Below the pieces are notes generated by a model that saw only the letters and a program-made list of their open reading frames with translations, had not been told where the DNA came from and did no database searches. From the IMG/VR virus record IMGVR_UViG_3300027733_000032: 64,000 nucleotides of DNA; one strand, 5' to 3'. Origin of the DNA: a virus. Made by a program: the position numbers and the translations under genes. Shown piece by piece: positions 1 to 7,284 of this stretch. How positions within the stretch are numbered: position 1 is the first letter of the stretch; each line of letters begins with the position of its first letter.

Positions 1-2
1 AA

Positions 3-101
3 CTGCGTTCATCCCTCTCTGTTGAGGAGAGTGCGGAGATTGTGTTCGGTGACCGTGCTGGCGCAATCATGGATGCGATGCGAGTGGACTCACTGTCGTG
101 A
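3..101 (+). CDS. C-terminal fragment of an upstream gene (window edge); possibly the AAA+/MoxR-type partner of the vWA protein
   Basis: Open frame LRSSLSVEESAEIVFGDRAGAIMDAMRVDSLS*; its TGA (99-101) overlaps the GTG start at 98. The function is inferred only from context. Confidence 0.45.
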   Translation: MRSSLSVEESAEIVFGDRAGAIMDAMRVDSLS

Positions 102-1588
102 GCGTGAAGGTCAAGCATGATGTATCACGCCGACCTCTCCCTGAAGTATTGGGTCGTGGTGATGTAGACAAGGGCGGTGCGTGGACTGTAGAAGCCTGCC
201 CACCTACCCGTGGACTACCCGTGACCTCTGTTGAGGGTCGCTTTATGAATGTACCTATGTCGGGCGACGCTCTGTCTACGGTCATTCGTATTCATGAGAT
301 GGTTCATGCGAAGGTGTCCCCTAAGGACTTGAGTCCGTTCATTGCTAGGGGTTTCGCAACTGAGGAGTCACTGCGCTCTGTTGAGGAGATGCGAGTGAAC
401 TACCTCGCTACTCACTTGGGTTATGACATGAGTGTTCTTAGTGATGGTGGCGAGAAAGAGTTAGGCGAACGCCTCGTTGCTATGGGTGACTGGAACAATG
501 CTGTTCAGTTCGCTATCGCCACTGTTGGTACGGGCGGTCATAAGAAGTTCATCGCTGGAGTGCGCCGACATAACAAGGTATGGGGCAGTGTGCTTGCCGA
601 CATTAGTAAGCGAGCGATGAGAGAGATAAAGAAAGTGCCACGGAACAAACTCACTAGCACCTCTCTCACTGCTGATGGTCTGATAGAAGGCTTTGGTTAT
701 ACCGAAAGTATTGCTTCTTGGATTGACCGCCTATGCGATAAGCAACCTGATGACAAGAGTGATAAGAGTGACAGTACTGATAGTTCTGATAAGGACGACT
801 CTGATGCTGATACCTCTGATACTGATGAGTCAAAGAGAGATGAGAAGGGCGAGATAGATAAGGCTCTTGCTGAGTCTCGTAAAGAGACTCTCGTTGATAG
901 GACTCCTATCCCCTCTTGGTTCCCTCTTAAGGTGGAACGGTTGCCTATGCCTGAAGTATTGAGTGGGTCACTAGGTAAGAAGCGTGTCGCATCCAATAGT
1001 GGCAAACATCCTCGTCGCCTTCATCGTTACTTGACTGACCCTCAGAAGCGTGTCTTTGATAAGACGGTTCGTGGTCAAGGTGGCATCGTTGTCATTGACA
1101 CTAGTGGCTCTATGCGTCTTGACCGTGATGATGTAATGGGTATCGTTATGGCATCGCCTGGATGTACTGTGCTGTCTTATAGTGTCCCCTCATTCGGCAT
1201 TGACGATAATGGCGAGGCTATTGAGACCAATGCTTATGTCCTTGCTAGTCGTGGTCGTATGGTGGACGAGATGCCTGAGTTCGGCTCTGCTAATGCTGTA
1301 GACCTACCTGTGCTGAAGTGGGCAGTGAGTGAACGACGAAGTAGTCGCACTCCTGTCGTGTGGGTATGTGATGGGTATGTGACTGGTCATGGTGATGTGG
1401 CTCACGAGACACTGACGCTTCAGGCGGTTGAGTATTGCTTGGCTCACGGTATCTCTATCGTGCCTGATGCTGAGTCGGCTGTGAAGTACCTGACCGAGTT
1501 GAGCAATGGTATGCGACCTGCTAAGTCATTCCCTCATATCATGAAACGGGCATACGAGTTGGCGACTGGAGATAGGTTGGTCGCATAG
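98..1588 (+). CDS. Metallopeptidase-like (HExxH) plus vWA domain protein (CobT/DUF2201-like architecture)
   Basis: N-terminal IHEMVH motif, Asp/Ser-rich acidic linker, MIDAS motif VVIDTSGS and downstream VCDG. Confidence 0.8.
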   Translation: MSVKVKHDVSRRPLPEVLGRGDVDKGGAWTVEACPPTRGLPVTSVEGRFMNVPMSGDALSTVIRIHEMVHAKVSPKDLSPFIARGFATEESLRSVEEMRVNYLATHLGYDMSVLSDGGEKELGERLVAMGDWNNAVQFAIATVGTGGHKKFIAGVRRHNKVWGSVLADISKRAMREIKKVPRNKLTSTSLTADGLIEGFGYTESIASWIDRLCDKQPDDKSDKSDSTDSSDKDDSDADTSDTDESKRDEKGEIDKALAESRKETLVDRTPIPSWFPLKVERLPMPEVLSGSLGKKRVASNSGKHPRRLHRYLTDPQKRVFDKTVRGQGGIVVIDTSGSMRLDRDDVMGIVMASPGCTVLSYSVPSFGIDDNGEAIETNAYVLASRGRMVDEMPEFGSANAVDLPVLKWAVSERRSSRTPVVWVCDGYVTGHGDVAHETLTLQAVEYCLAHGISIVPDAESAVKYLTELSNGMRPAKSFPHIMKRAYELATGDRLVA

Positions 1589-1614
1589 TTCTTGCCTTCC
1601 CTATAAGGTAAGTG

Positions 1615-1668
1615 GAGAGTAGTCCTCTAGTCATTGGTGGTCAGTGACTTGAGTGGCTACTCTCTTTT
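1615..1668 (+). terminator. Intrinsic terminator: long imperfect hairpin followed by T4
   Basis: GAGAGTAGTC-CTC-T-AGTCATTG (1615-1636), loop GTGGT, CAGTGACT-T-GAG-T-GGCTACTCTC (1642-1664), then TTTT; 27 nt after the vWA stop. Confidence 0.7.
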
Positions 1669-1736
1669 GTATATATCAAGTGAGTAAGTAGTGGCGTGTA
1701 TGTAATGAGTGAGTGATATGTGATGATGATGATATA

Positions 1737-1780
1737 GGTAGGTAGGTAGGTAGGTAGGTAGGTAGGTAGGTAGGTAGGTA
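1737..1780 (+). repeat. (GGTA)11 microsatellite within a C-poor low-complexity tract
   Basis: 11 perfect GGTA units at 1737-1780, followed by GTA/GTAT repeats to about 1837. Confidence 0.95.
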
Positions 1781-1943
1781 GTAGTGATGTATGTATGTAT
1801 GTGTTAGATGAGTAGTGGTAGTAGTAGTAGTGGTAGTACCCATAGCAATACCCGTAGGCACTTTTTTTACTAATGATGAAACGATGATGAGAACGAAGTG
1901 ATGATGGGGTAATGATGATGTACCTATATGTATACGAGTATGA

Positions 1944-1976
1944 GGGTATAGGGGTATAGGGGTAGGGGTATAGGGG
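1944..1976 (+). other. Putative G-quadruplex-forming sequence
   Basis: GGG-TATA-GGGG-TATA-GGGG-TA-GGGG-TATA-GGGG: five G-tracts with 2-4 nt loops. Confidence 0.7.
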
Positions 1977-1984
1977 TACTACTT

Positions 1985-2209
1985 ATATACCCGTGATATA
2001 CCCGTGAGCATTGCGACGACTCAATGACTTAGCGATGACGACTTAGTGATGACGACTCAATGACTTGACTGTCAATGATGGTAATGATGACGAGTCAATG
2101 ATGATGACGATATGACGATGACTCAATGCTATTGACGATGACTCAATGACGATGACGATGATGTGATGCTTTGTAATACTTTGTGATACTCAGTAATACT
2201 TTGTGATAC
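1985..2209 (+). repeat. Nested short direct repeats (iteron-like)
   Basis: ATATACCCGTG x2 in tandem (1985-2006); GACTCAATG at 2018, 2054, 2120 and 2140 with a variant at 2092; GTAATACTTTGTGATAC at 2173 and 2193. Confidence 0.85.
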
Positions 2210-2281
2210 CTGATAATGAATGTGATGATGAATGGGGCAACGCTGTCAATGTGTACGACATATGTAATGCCGTGTCTTGCT

Positions 2282-2561
2282 TGTGGATAAGGTGTGGATA
2301 AGGGTGTGGATAAACTTTTTTGTCATCCTCTACGACTGTCTATCTTAGGATAAGCAAGGGTTATACACAGGTTTATCAACAGGTATGTGGATAAGTAAGG
2401 GTTATCAACAGGTTGATTAAGGTGGTTATCAACAGGGTTATCAACAGGGTTGGGGATAAAGTAGGGTAAAAAGGGGTTATCAACAAGGGTGTGTATAAAG
2501 TCGGGGCTTCGTCCACATCCGTAGGCACTTATCCACAGGGTTATCAACAGACTTATCCACA
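2282..2561. promoter_or_regulatory. Cluster of about 15 DnaA-box-like 9-mers
   Basis: Perfect TTATCCACA/TGTGGATAA at 2282, 2293, 2305, 2386, 2529 and 2553; TTATACACA at 2361 and 2490 (rc); TTATCAACA at 2373, 2402, 2426, 2438, 2477 and 2541; TGGGGATAA at 2451. Confidence 0.75.
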
Positions 2562-2637
2562 GAACATATGTTCGGGGAACAGGTGTTCGTACTTTGGAAG
2601 GTCAAAAGCGAACAGGTGTTCGTGCGAACAAGTGTTC
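2562..2637. promoter_or_regulatory. Four tandem LexA/SOS-box-like palindromes (GAAC-N4-GTTC)
   Basis: GAACATATGTTC at 2562, GAACAGGTGTTC at 2577 and 2610, GAACAAGTGTTC at 2626; the last two read CGAAC-N4-GTTCG, matching the Gram-positive/actinobacterial SOS box core. Confidence 0.65.
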
Positions 2638-2845
2638 GTATCCATGACCCCAGAAGCCCCGAACTTTTTGAGAATATAGATATTGGCTGGGCGGGCATAC
2701 AAACTATTTTTAATGTCGGCTTACTCTGGATAGATTTATCCAAACGGGGTGGGGGCAGCATCTTCTATGTTCTTCAACCTTTGACGGTGGTGGAAAGCAA
2801 TTCGCTCGAAGCGTCTCGACACGTGCTTGCTCCGTAATGGGAGTA

Positions 2846-3091
2846 TTACTGCTTTGTAGTACTAAGCGCTTTGTGCCAGGTTTTGGTGAACACCCAGATA
2901 AGCGAGAGTAATCCTGCCTGTCTCCAGGTGATGTCATTCTCAATTGCGTTGGCGTGGTCAAGAATTCGCGATGTTGACCAGATAGCCGTCTGGGTCACTA
3001 AGACTGTTAGCCCCCATAGGAAGATTAAAGCCATGGTAGTCCCTGTACTGGAGTTTGATTCATTGAGGTTGTTTAGTTGCCGGTTTGACAA
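2846..3091 (-). CDS. Small membrane protein
   Basis: 81 aa with two hydrophobic segments; overlaps the end of the upstream HA/HTH gene. Confidence 0.55.
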   Translation of the reverse strand: MSNRQLNNLNESNSSTGTTMALIFLWGLTVLVTQTAIWSTSRILDHANAIENDITWRQAGLLSLIWVFTKTWHKALSTTKQ

Positions 3092-3440
3092 TTTGGTGAA
3101 TCCTTTGTCTGGAGAGGTTATAACGGTCGGCGATTTGTGTGAGCGATTGGCCGTCTTCGCTGAGATTCTTGATTTCCGCGTTTCTGGAGGTATTAGGTTT
3201 GGGACCTGGCCGCAGAGGGCCCCAGGACCATCCCGGAATACTGTTTAAAATATTAATGCGGTCTTCGCCCAATTTGTTGTTTTTGTAACGTTGTCGAATA
3301 TATCCGACCCACGTGCCGAGTTGCACCGACTTGCCGTCGACATGTTCTTCGTGATGTGCAGGAACCGTGGCGGAACCTTCGCGACTGATGTATTGTTGGA
3401 GGGCGGCCTGGTAGATATTGAACCGGGTGGTGTTGTTCAT
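3060..3440 (-). CDS. Helicase-associated (HA) domain plus C-terminal HTH protein
   Basis: VP...LGTWVGYIRQRY...L...RI..L..IPGWSW is the HA signature; SLTQIADRYNLSRQRIHQIV is a sigma-r4-like HTH. Confidence 0.8.
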   Translation of the reverse strand: MNNTTRFNIYQAALQQYISREGSATVPAHHEEHVDGKSVQLGTWVGYIRQRYKNNKLGEDRINILNSIPGWSWGPLRPGPKPNTSRNAEIKNLSEDGQSLTQIADRYNLSRQRIHQIVKPATKQPQ

Positions 3441-3520
3441 AAGGGAAACACTAGTAGTTAAAGGGTTCTCGTAGTGGATATCACGTGCAACAATCGACGG
3501 TGGTGGAAAGGGACTAAATC

Positions 3521-3967
3521 ATGTTCGATGATGATGATAATGACGCGTTTGAGGACATAGCCAGGTTTGCTGAGTTCACCGCGAAGATGAGCGGCGATGA
3601 ACGTAAGACCTTGTCCGAGTTGTTGAGTTCCCTGGCTGGAGAACTAGTCGAGCAGATGTCGCCGCCGAAGGATTTGCTGTTCGTAGGGTCTGATGGCATC
3701 CGCCTAGTGAAGTGTCTCCACTACCCTCGTGAGGTACTGGGTGAAGATGGCCCCGTTATTTTGCCCTCGGCTTCAGAATTTGTGATTCTTGGTGCGCTTT
3801 CAGATGAATTTATCCAAAGAGATGCTGATGAGATTGCGGGGCTTTTTGATGACCTTGAAGAACGCGACGATGCTTGGCACCACCTGATGACCGAGTACGC
3901 TTTGACCATCTCGGAGAAATTCGACGACAATCCACCGGAAGACTATTCGAACTTTTTTAAGGAGTAA
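3521..3967 (+). CDS. Acidic hypothetical protein
   Basis: 148 aa, very Asp/Glu-rich; AAAGGGA SD-like sequence upstream of the ATG. Confidence 0.7.
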   Translation: MFDDDDNDAFEDIARFAEFTAKMSGDERKTLSELLSSLAGELVEQMSPPKDLLFVGSDGIRLVKCLHYPREVLGEDGPVILPSASEFVILGALSDEFIQRDADEIAGLFDDLEERDDAWHHLMTEYALTISEKFDDNPPEDYSNFFKE

Positions 3968-3970
3968 CAC

Positions 3971-4543
3971 GTGCACACATCCTGGAATGCAGCCGCTGAG
4001 GTGGCCGTTAAAGAAATCTTCGCAGCGGAGGTGCAGCCCTGCAGTGTCGAAGCGCTTAGGAGCCATCTGGATGGCCTTATCGAGAAGTATTTACCGACCG
4101 GCGGGGACGTGGCCGCGGGCGGCAGCCAGAGAATGCGTCAATCCTGGGTGAAACTGGGTCAACTGGCCCGGTCCTTAGGAGCCACGAGTGATTATTTGAA
4201 CTTTTCCCCGGTATTCGGCGAAGACCACGGTCGTGTTCTCGACATCGTTGTGCGCAAACAGCGCGATTACGGCCACGAGAATATTGCACGCTTTGGCCGC
4301 ATGGGACTTTTGGTCCGGGTGCACGACAAGATTGCACGTCTGGAGAATCTTCTGGGTGCCGGTCATCTACCGAATCATGAATCCATTGAGGATAACGTTC
4401 TCGATGTGATTGGTTATTCAATCGTCGCCGCGATGTGGGAGGAAGGTTCCTTCCTTCTCGCGTTGCAACCTTCGACGGTGGCGGAAAGCGAACCAGATTC
4501 GGGTCTAAATGCCGGAATGTTAGGTTTTTTGCGACTTGCTTAA
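3971..4543 (+). CDS. DUF1599 / nucleotide-modification-associated domain 1 (Nmad1)-like protein
   Basis: RKQRDYG...GLLVRVHDKIARLENL...ESIEDNVLDVIGYSI pattern. Confidence 0.7.
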   Translation: MHTSWNAAAEVAVKEIFAAEVQPCSVEALRSHLDGLIEKYLPTGGDVAAGGSQRMRQSWVKLGQLARSLGATSDYLNFSPVFGEDHGRVLDIVVRKQRDYGHENIARFGRMGLLVRVHDKIARLENLLGAGHLPNHESIEDNVLDVIGYSIVAAMWEEGSFLLALQPSTVAESEPDSGLNAGMLGFLRLA

Positions 4544-4939
4544 CATCTTCGCGATGCTTTAGTGCCGGATTGGCCTGGTAAAATACTAAAGGTAGGGAGC
4601 CTGGAGTCGACACCACCTGCTGATAGTCAACCCCAGGCATCAACCCGGGCGCCGAGAGAAGGAAAGGGGAAACCTCTCTCGACTAAACGAAACTTAGTAC
4701 CCCTAATGTGCCCTCTGTTGTTAAATATTTATTTTAATTTTATGTGCGCTGAGCAGGGCCTTTTTTGAAAATTTTTCTTTTACTTGCTTTCGCGACTTGA
4801 CGTGGTGCTCTACAGTCAGTACCTTTCCGAGTCACAACTTGAAGGGCGCCCGCGCTTTGAGGAAACTTTAGGCCAACCGCCGAAAGTTCTCTTTGTGGTG
4901 CGCAAAAACATAGCGATTCAAAAAAAAGGTTCCCCCGGA

Positions 4940-4958
4940 CCCCCTCCAAAGGAGGGGG
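4940..4958. other. GC-rich hairpin in the intergenic region upstream of the replication genes
   Basis: CCCCCTCC-AAA-GGAGGGGG: 8-bp perfect stem, preceded by an A-tract and GGTTCCCCCGGAC. Confidence 0.5.
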
Positions 4959-5092
4959 GCATCATTACTCTTTTCTTCAATGCAATAATTTCATTGAGAA
5001 ATGAATATACCTTTCTAGGGAATCTCTATTGAAGAGAACTTTGAACCTTTGCAAAAGTTGTACATTTTTTTATCTATCGAAAGGGGTTTCGA

Positions 5093-5506
5093 ATGGTCTA
5101 TATACTGACTCTTGATATGGAAGAGATACCACACGAACCAAAGAAGCGCGGCGGACAGTCTGGTCCCAAGAAACAGAAGCAGGGTCAGATTCGCAAGGGA
5201 TTGACGGTGGCGGAAAGCGACGTTGACCAGGTCTATCAGTACTGGTGTTCGGTCATGCGGCCTGGGCGCAAGCGAGTTCCTTCTCTGGACCACAAGCGAG
5301 AATTGGTTGTACGGGCGGCGATTGCTGATTACGGCCTCGAAGACTGCATGAGAGCCATCGACGGCTGTGCGGCATCTGACTGGCACATGGGCCGCAATCC
5401 AGGGAACAAACGCTACGACGACTTAGAGTTAATCTTCCGCAACCAGAAGCAAGTCGATATGTTTTTGGCGCGAGTCGAAAATAAAAGGAAAACTGGTGAT
5501 TTCTGA
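5093..5506 (+). CDS. Phage replication initiator/replisome organiser-like protein (conserved C-terminal domain)
   Basis: V.QYW...R...L...AIDGC..SDWHMG.N....YDDLELIFR pattern; directly precedes a G39P-like gene. Confidence 0.62.
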   Translation: MVYILTLDMEEIPHEPKKRGGQSGPKKQKQGQIRKGLTVAESDVDQVYQYWCSVMRPGRKRVPSLDHKRELVVRAAIADYGLEDCMRAIDGCAASDWHMGRNPGNKRYDDLELIFRNQKQVDMFLARVENKRKTGDF

Positions 5507-5964
5507 TGACAAAAGTTGAATTGGAAGATTTCGTCCGGGAAGTGTTTGCTTCCTTTAACCAGACGCTGTATGAATCTGACCGTGAAGTTATCTTGCGGGC
5601 ATGGTGGGGTCTACTTAAAGATTTAGAAATTGCTTTGGTTCGAGATAGATTTATCCAAATGGCTGTGGTGTTGAAGACGATGCCAACTCCTGGTGCGGTA
5701 CGCAGAGCGGTGGTGGAAGAGTCTTTGGAAACAACACCCCCTTCACCTCAGCAGGCATGGGCGGCATTGCGTAAGATGTCTGATGACGTGAATCGTGGGA
5801 CTCATCAAGTGATGGACATCCACGAAGTCTTCCAGAATGCGATTAAGGTTCTGGGGGACATAGCGTTCACCCTGTCTACAAACGGGGACCGAGAATATTT
5901 TATGAACGTTTATACAGAGCAGTTAAATTTATACATGGTAGATGTATATAAGGTGAGGGTATGA
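5506..5964 (+). CDS. Helicase loader/inhibitor, SPP1 G39P-like
   Basis: MTKVELEDFVREVFASF...RAWWGLLKDL...MPTPG resembles the G39P N-terminal domain; TGATG coupling with the upstream gene. Confidence 0.65.
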   Translation: MTKVELEDFVREVFASFNQTLYESDREVILRAWWGLLKDLEIALVRDRFIQMAVVLKTMPTPGAVRRAVVEESLETTPPSPQQAWAALRKMSDDVNRGTHQVMDIHEVFQNAIKVLGDIAFTLSTNGDREYFMNVYTEQLNLYMVDVYKVRV

Positions 5965-6128
5965 AGAAGAACACGGGTCGACCGCCAAAGATGCCAACAG
6001 GTGAACGCACGACAATCACAATGAAAATCAATGCTGATGTCAAGCGGAAAATTATTACCCAAGCGCAGGCTTTTGACATGACCATTACAGAGTATGTCTG
6101 CATGCTTGTTGAGAGAGATAGTTCCTAG
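5961..6128 (+). CDS. Ribbon-helix-helix DNA-binding protein (55 aa, not in the ORF track)
   Basis: MKKNTGRPPKMPTGERTTITMKINADVKRKIITQAQAFDMTITEYVCMLVERDSS*; GRPP hook plus RHH pattern; overlaps both neighbours. Confidence 0.75.
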   Translation: MKKNTGRPPKMPTGERTTITMKINADVKRKIITQAQAFDMTITEYVCMLVERDSS

Positions 6129-6940
6129 TGGGTGTACAGGTATTGGAGTTTCGATGTAGTGGTGACTCTGCCTCGGTAAAAGAACTTGTCAAAAATACCA
6201 AGACTCCCAACTCTTTGGAATCTATTCCCAGTGATTCCGTCAACCTAAAATTCATTGACGAATCACTATTACGTTTTGCTAGTGCATGGGGTCGCCCGTA
6301 TGGCTTTATTCAGGAGCAGTCTGGGGCAATTATTCAGAACCTCTTTCCTATCAAGCGTAATGAAGCAGAGCAAATTTCTTCATCTTCATTAGCAACATTA
6401 GAGATGCATACGGAGACTGCTTTTCACCCATGGCGACCTCAACACATTGTGCTCTTATGTATACGAGGCGATGATAATGCTGGGACAACGTATGCAACAC
6501 TTGAGGACATTTTGCTTAATCTCGACAGGGAAACAATAGAAGTTCTTCATGAGCCATTGTTTACGACGACGCTTGATAAAAGTTTTCAGAATCCCGACCA
6601 GTCGGATGCCGTGGTAGCAACTCCGATTTTATTCAATAATGCATCATCAATGACTTACGACAGGGTATTAATGAAACCTAAGACGGATTATGCAGGAACT
6701 GCTCTAAAAGAATTGTCAAAAGCAATTGAAGAATCGAAGCAGGTTTTTAAACTTTCTGCTGGACAGGTTGCGATTATTGAGAATTGGAAAGTAGTTCATG
6801 GTCGCACGCCATTTGTTCCGCGCTACGACGGAACTGACAGATGGCTTAAGCGCGTTATGGTTCGGAACTCCATGCCACCAGCACGAGATGTTCAAAATGT
6901 TGGGGATGATGGAACTTATATGGTTACAATGAGTTTCTAA
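6128..6940 (+). CDS. TauD/TfdA-family Fe(II)/2OG dioxygenase (clavaminate synthase/AsnO-like)
   Basis: MHTETAFH (H-x-E), LLCIRGD, ENWKVVHGRT, RWLKRV. Confidence 0.85.
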   Translation: MGVQVLEFRCSGDSASVKELVKNTKTPNSLESIPSDSVNLKFIDESLLRFASAWGRPYGFIQEQSGAIIQNLFPIKRNEAEQISSSSLATLEMHTETAFHPWRPQHIVLLCIRGDDNAGTTYATLEDILLNLDRETIEVLHEPLFTTTLDKSFQNPDQSDAVVATPILFNNASSMTYDRVLMKPKTDYAGTALKELSKAIEESKQVFKLSAGQVAIIENWKVVHGRTPFVPRYDGTDRWLKRVMVRNSMPPARDVQNVGDDGTYMVTMSF

Positions 6941-7284
6941 TGGTAAGAAAAGCGGAAAAAGCAGAGCATCCTAACCGTCTTTATAACGTTGTTCTTAGGG
7001 TAAGAGGCTCTATGAAAAACGACATGTTGAGAGCCGCCAAGAAACATGACATGTCTCTTTCTGAATATGTTCTTTATTGCGTCTGGGAACATATTCGCTC
7101 AGAGCGCGGAATCCCGACCCCTGGGTCTGCTCAGTTTTCTATGCACACGCCGATACAGGAGATTCAGGCGTACTTGCGTGGGGAGCAATTATTAACTCCC
7201 TGCGGACAGAAGGAATGCAATATGAAGTTGATAGAGTTTCAGAATATGACGTTTTGCAACACTTGCAATGTGAGGATTGAATGA
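6940..7284 (+). CDS. RHH-like protein with C-terminal Cys cluster
   Basis: NVVLRV...AAKKHDMSLSEYV, then PCGQKEC...FCNTC. Confidence 0.6.
   Translation: MVRKAEKAEHPNRLYNVVLRVRGSMKNDMLRAAKKHDMSLSEYVLYCVWEHIRSERGIPTPGSAQFSMHTPIQEIQAYLRGEQLLTPCGQKECNMKLIEFQNMTFCNTCNVRIE

Larger units (their letters stand above)
2775..5220 (+). repeat. Dispersed asymmetric motif TYGACGGTGGYGGAAAG, four copies
   Basis: CAACCTTTGACGGTGGTGGAAAGCAA at 2775; CAACAATCGACGGTGGTGGAAAGGGA at 3488; CAACCTTCGACGGTGGCGGAAAGCGA at 4466; TTGACGGTGGCGGAAAGCGA at 5201. All are on the + strand. Confidence 0.85.

Noticed and set aside
1985-2561. Possible CRISPR array
   Set aside because: Repeats are 9-17 bp with irregular short gaps; there is no 25-45 bp repeat-spacer periodicity and no cas genes.
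1676-2761. Track ORFs 1676-1861, 2323-2547, 2480-2761, 2491-2679 and 2568-2837
   Set aside because: Translations (LPTY, PVDN, TNTCS repeats) simply read out the microsatellite, DnaA and LexA boxes.
4562-5032. Short ORFs 4562-4768, 4740-4949 and 4784-5032
   Set aside because: No recognisable motifs or SD sites, and they overlap one another; treated as intergenic.
2775-5220. Identity of the dispersed motif with the L5 stoperator consensus
   Set aside because: Only GGTGG is shared; the analogy is functional, not sequence identity.
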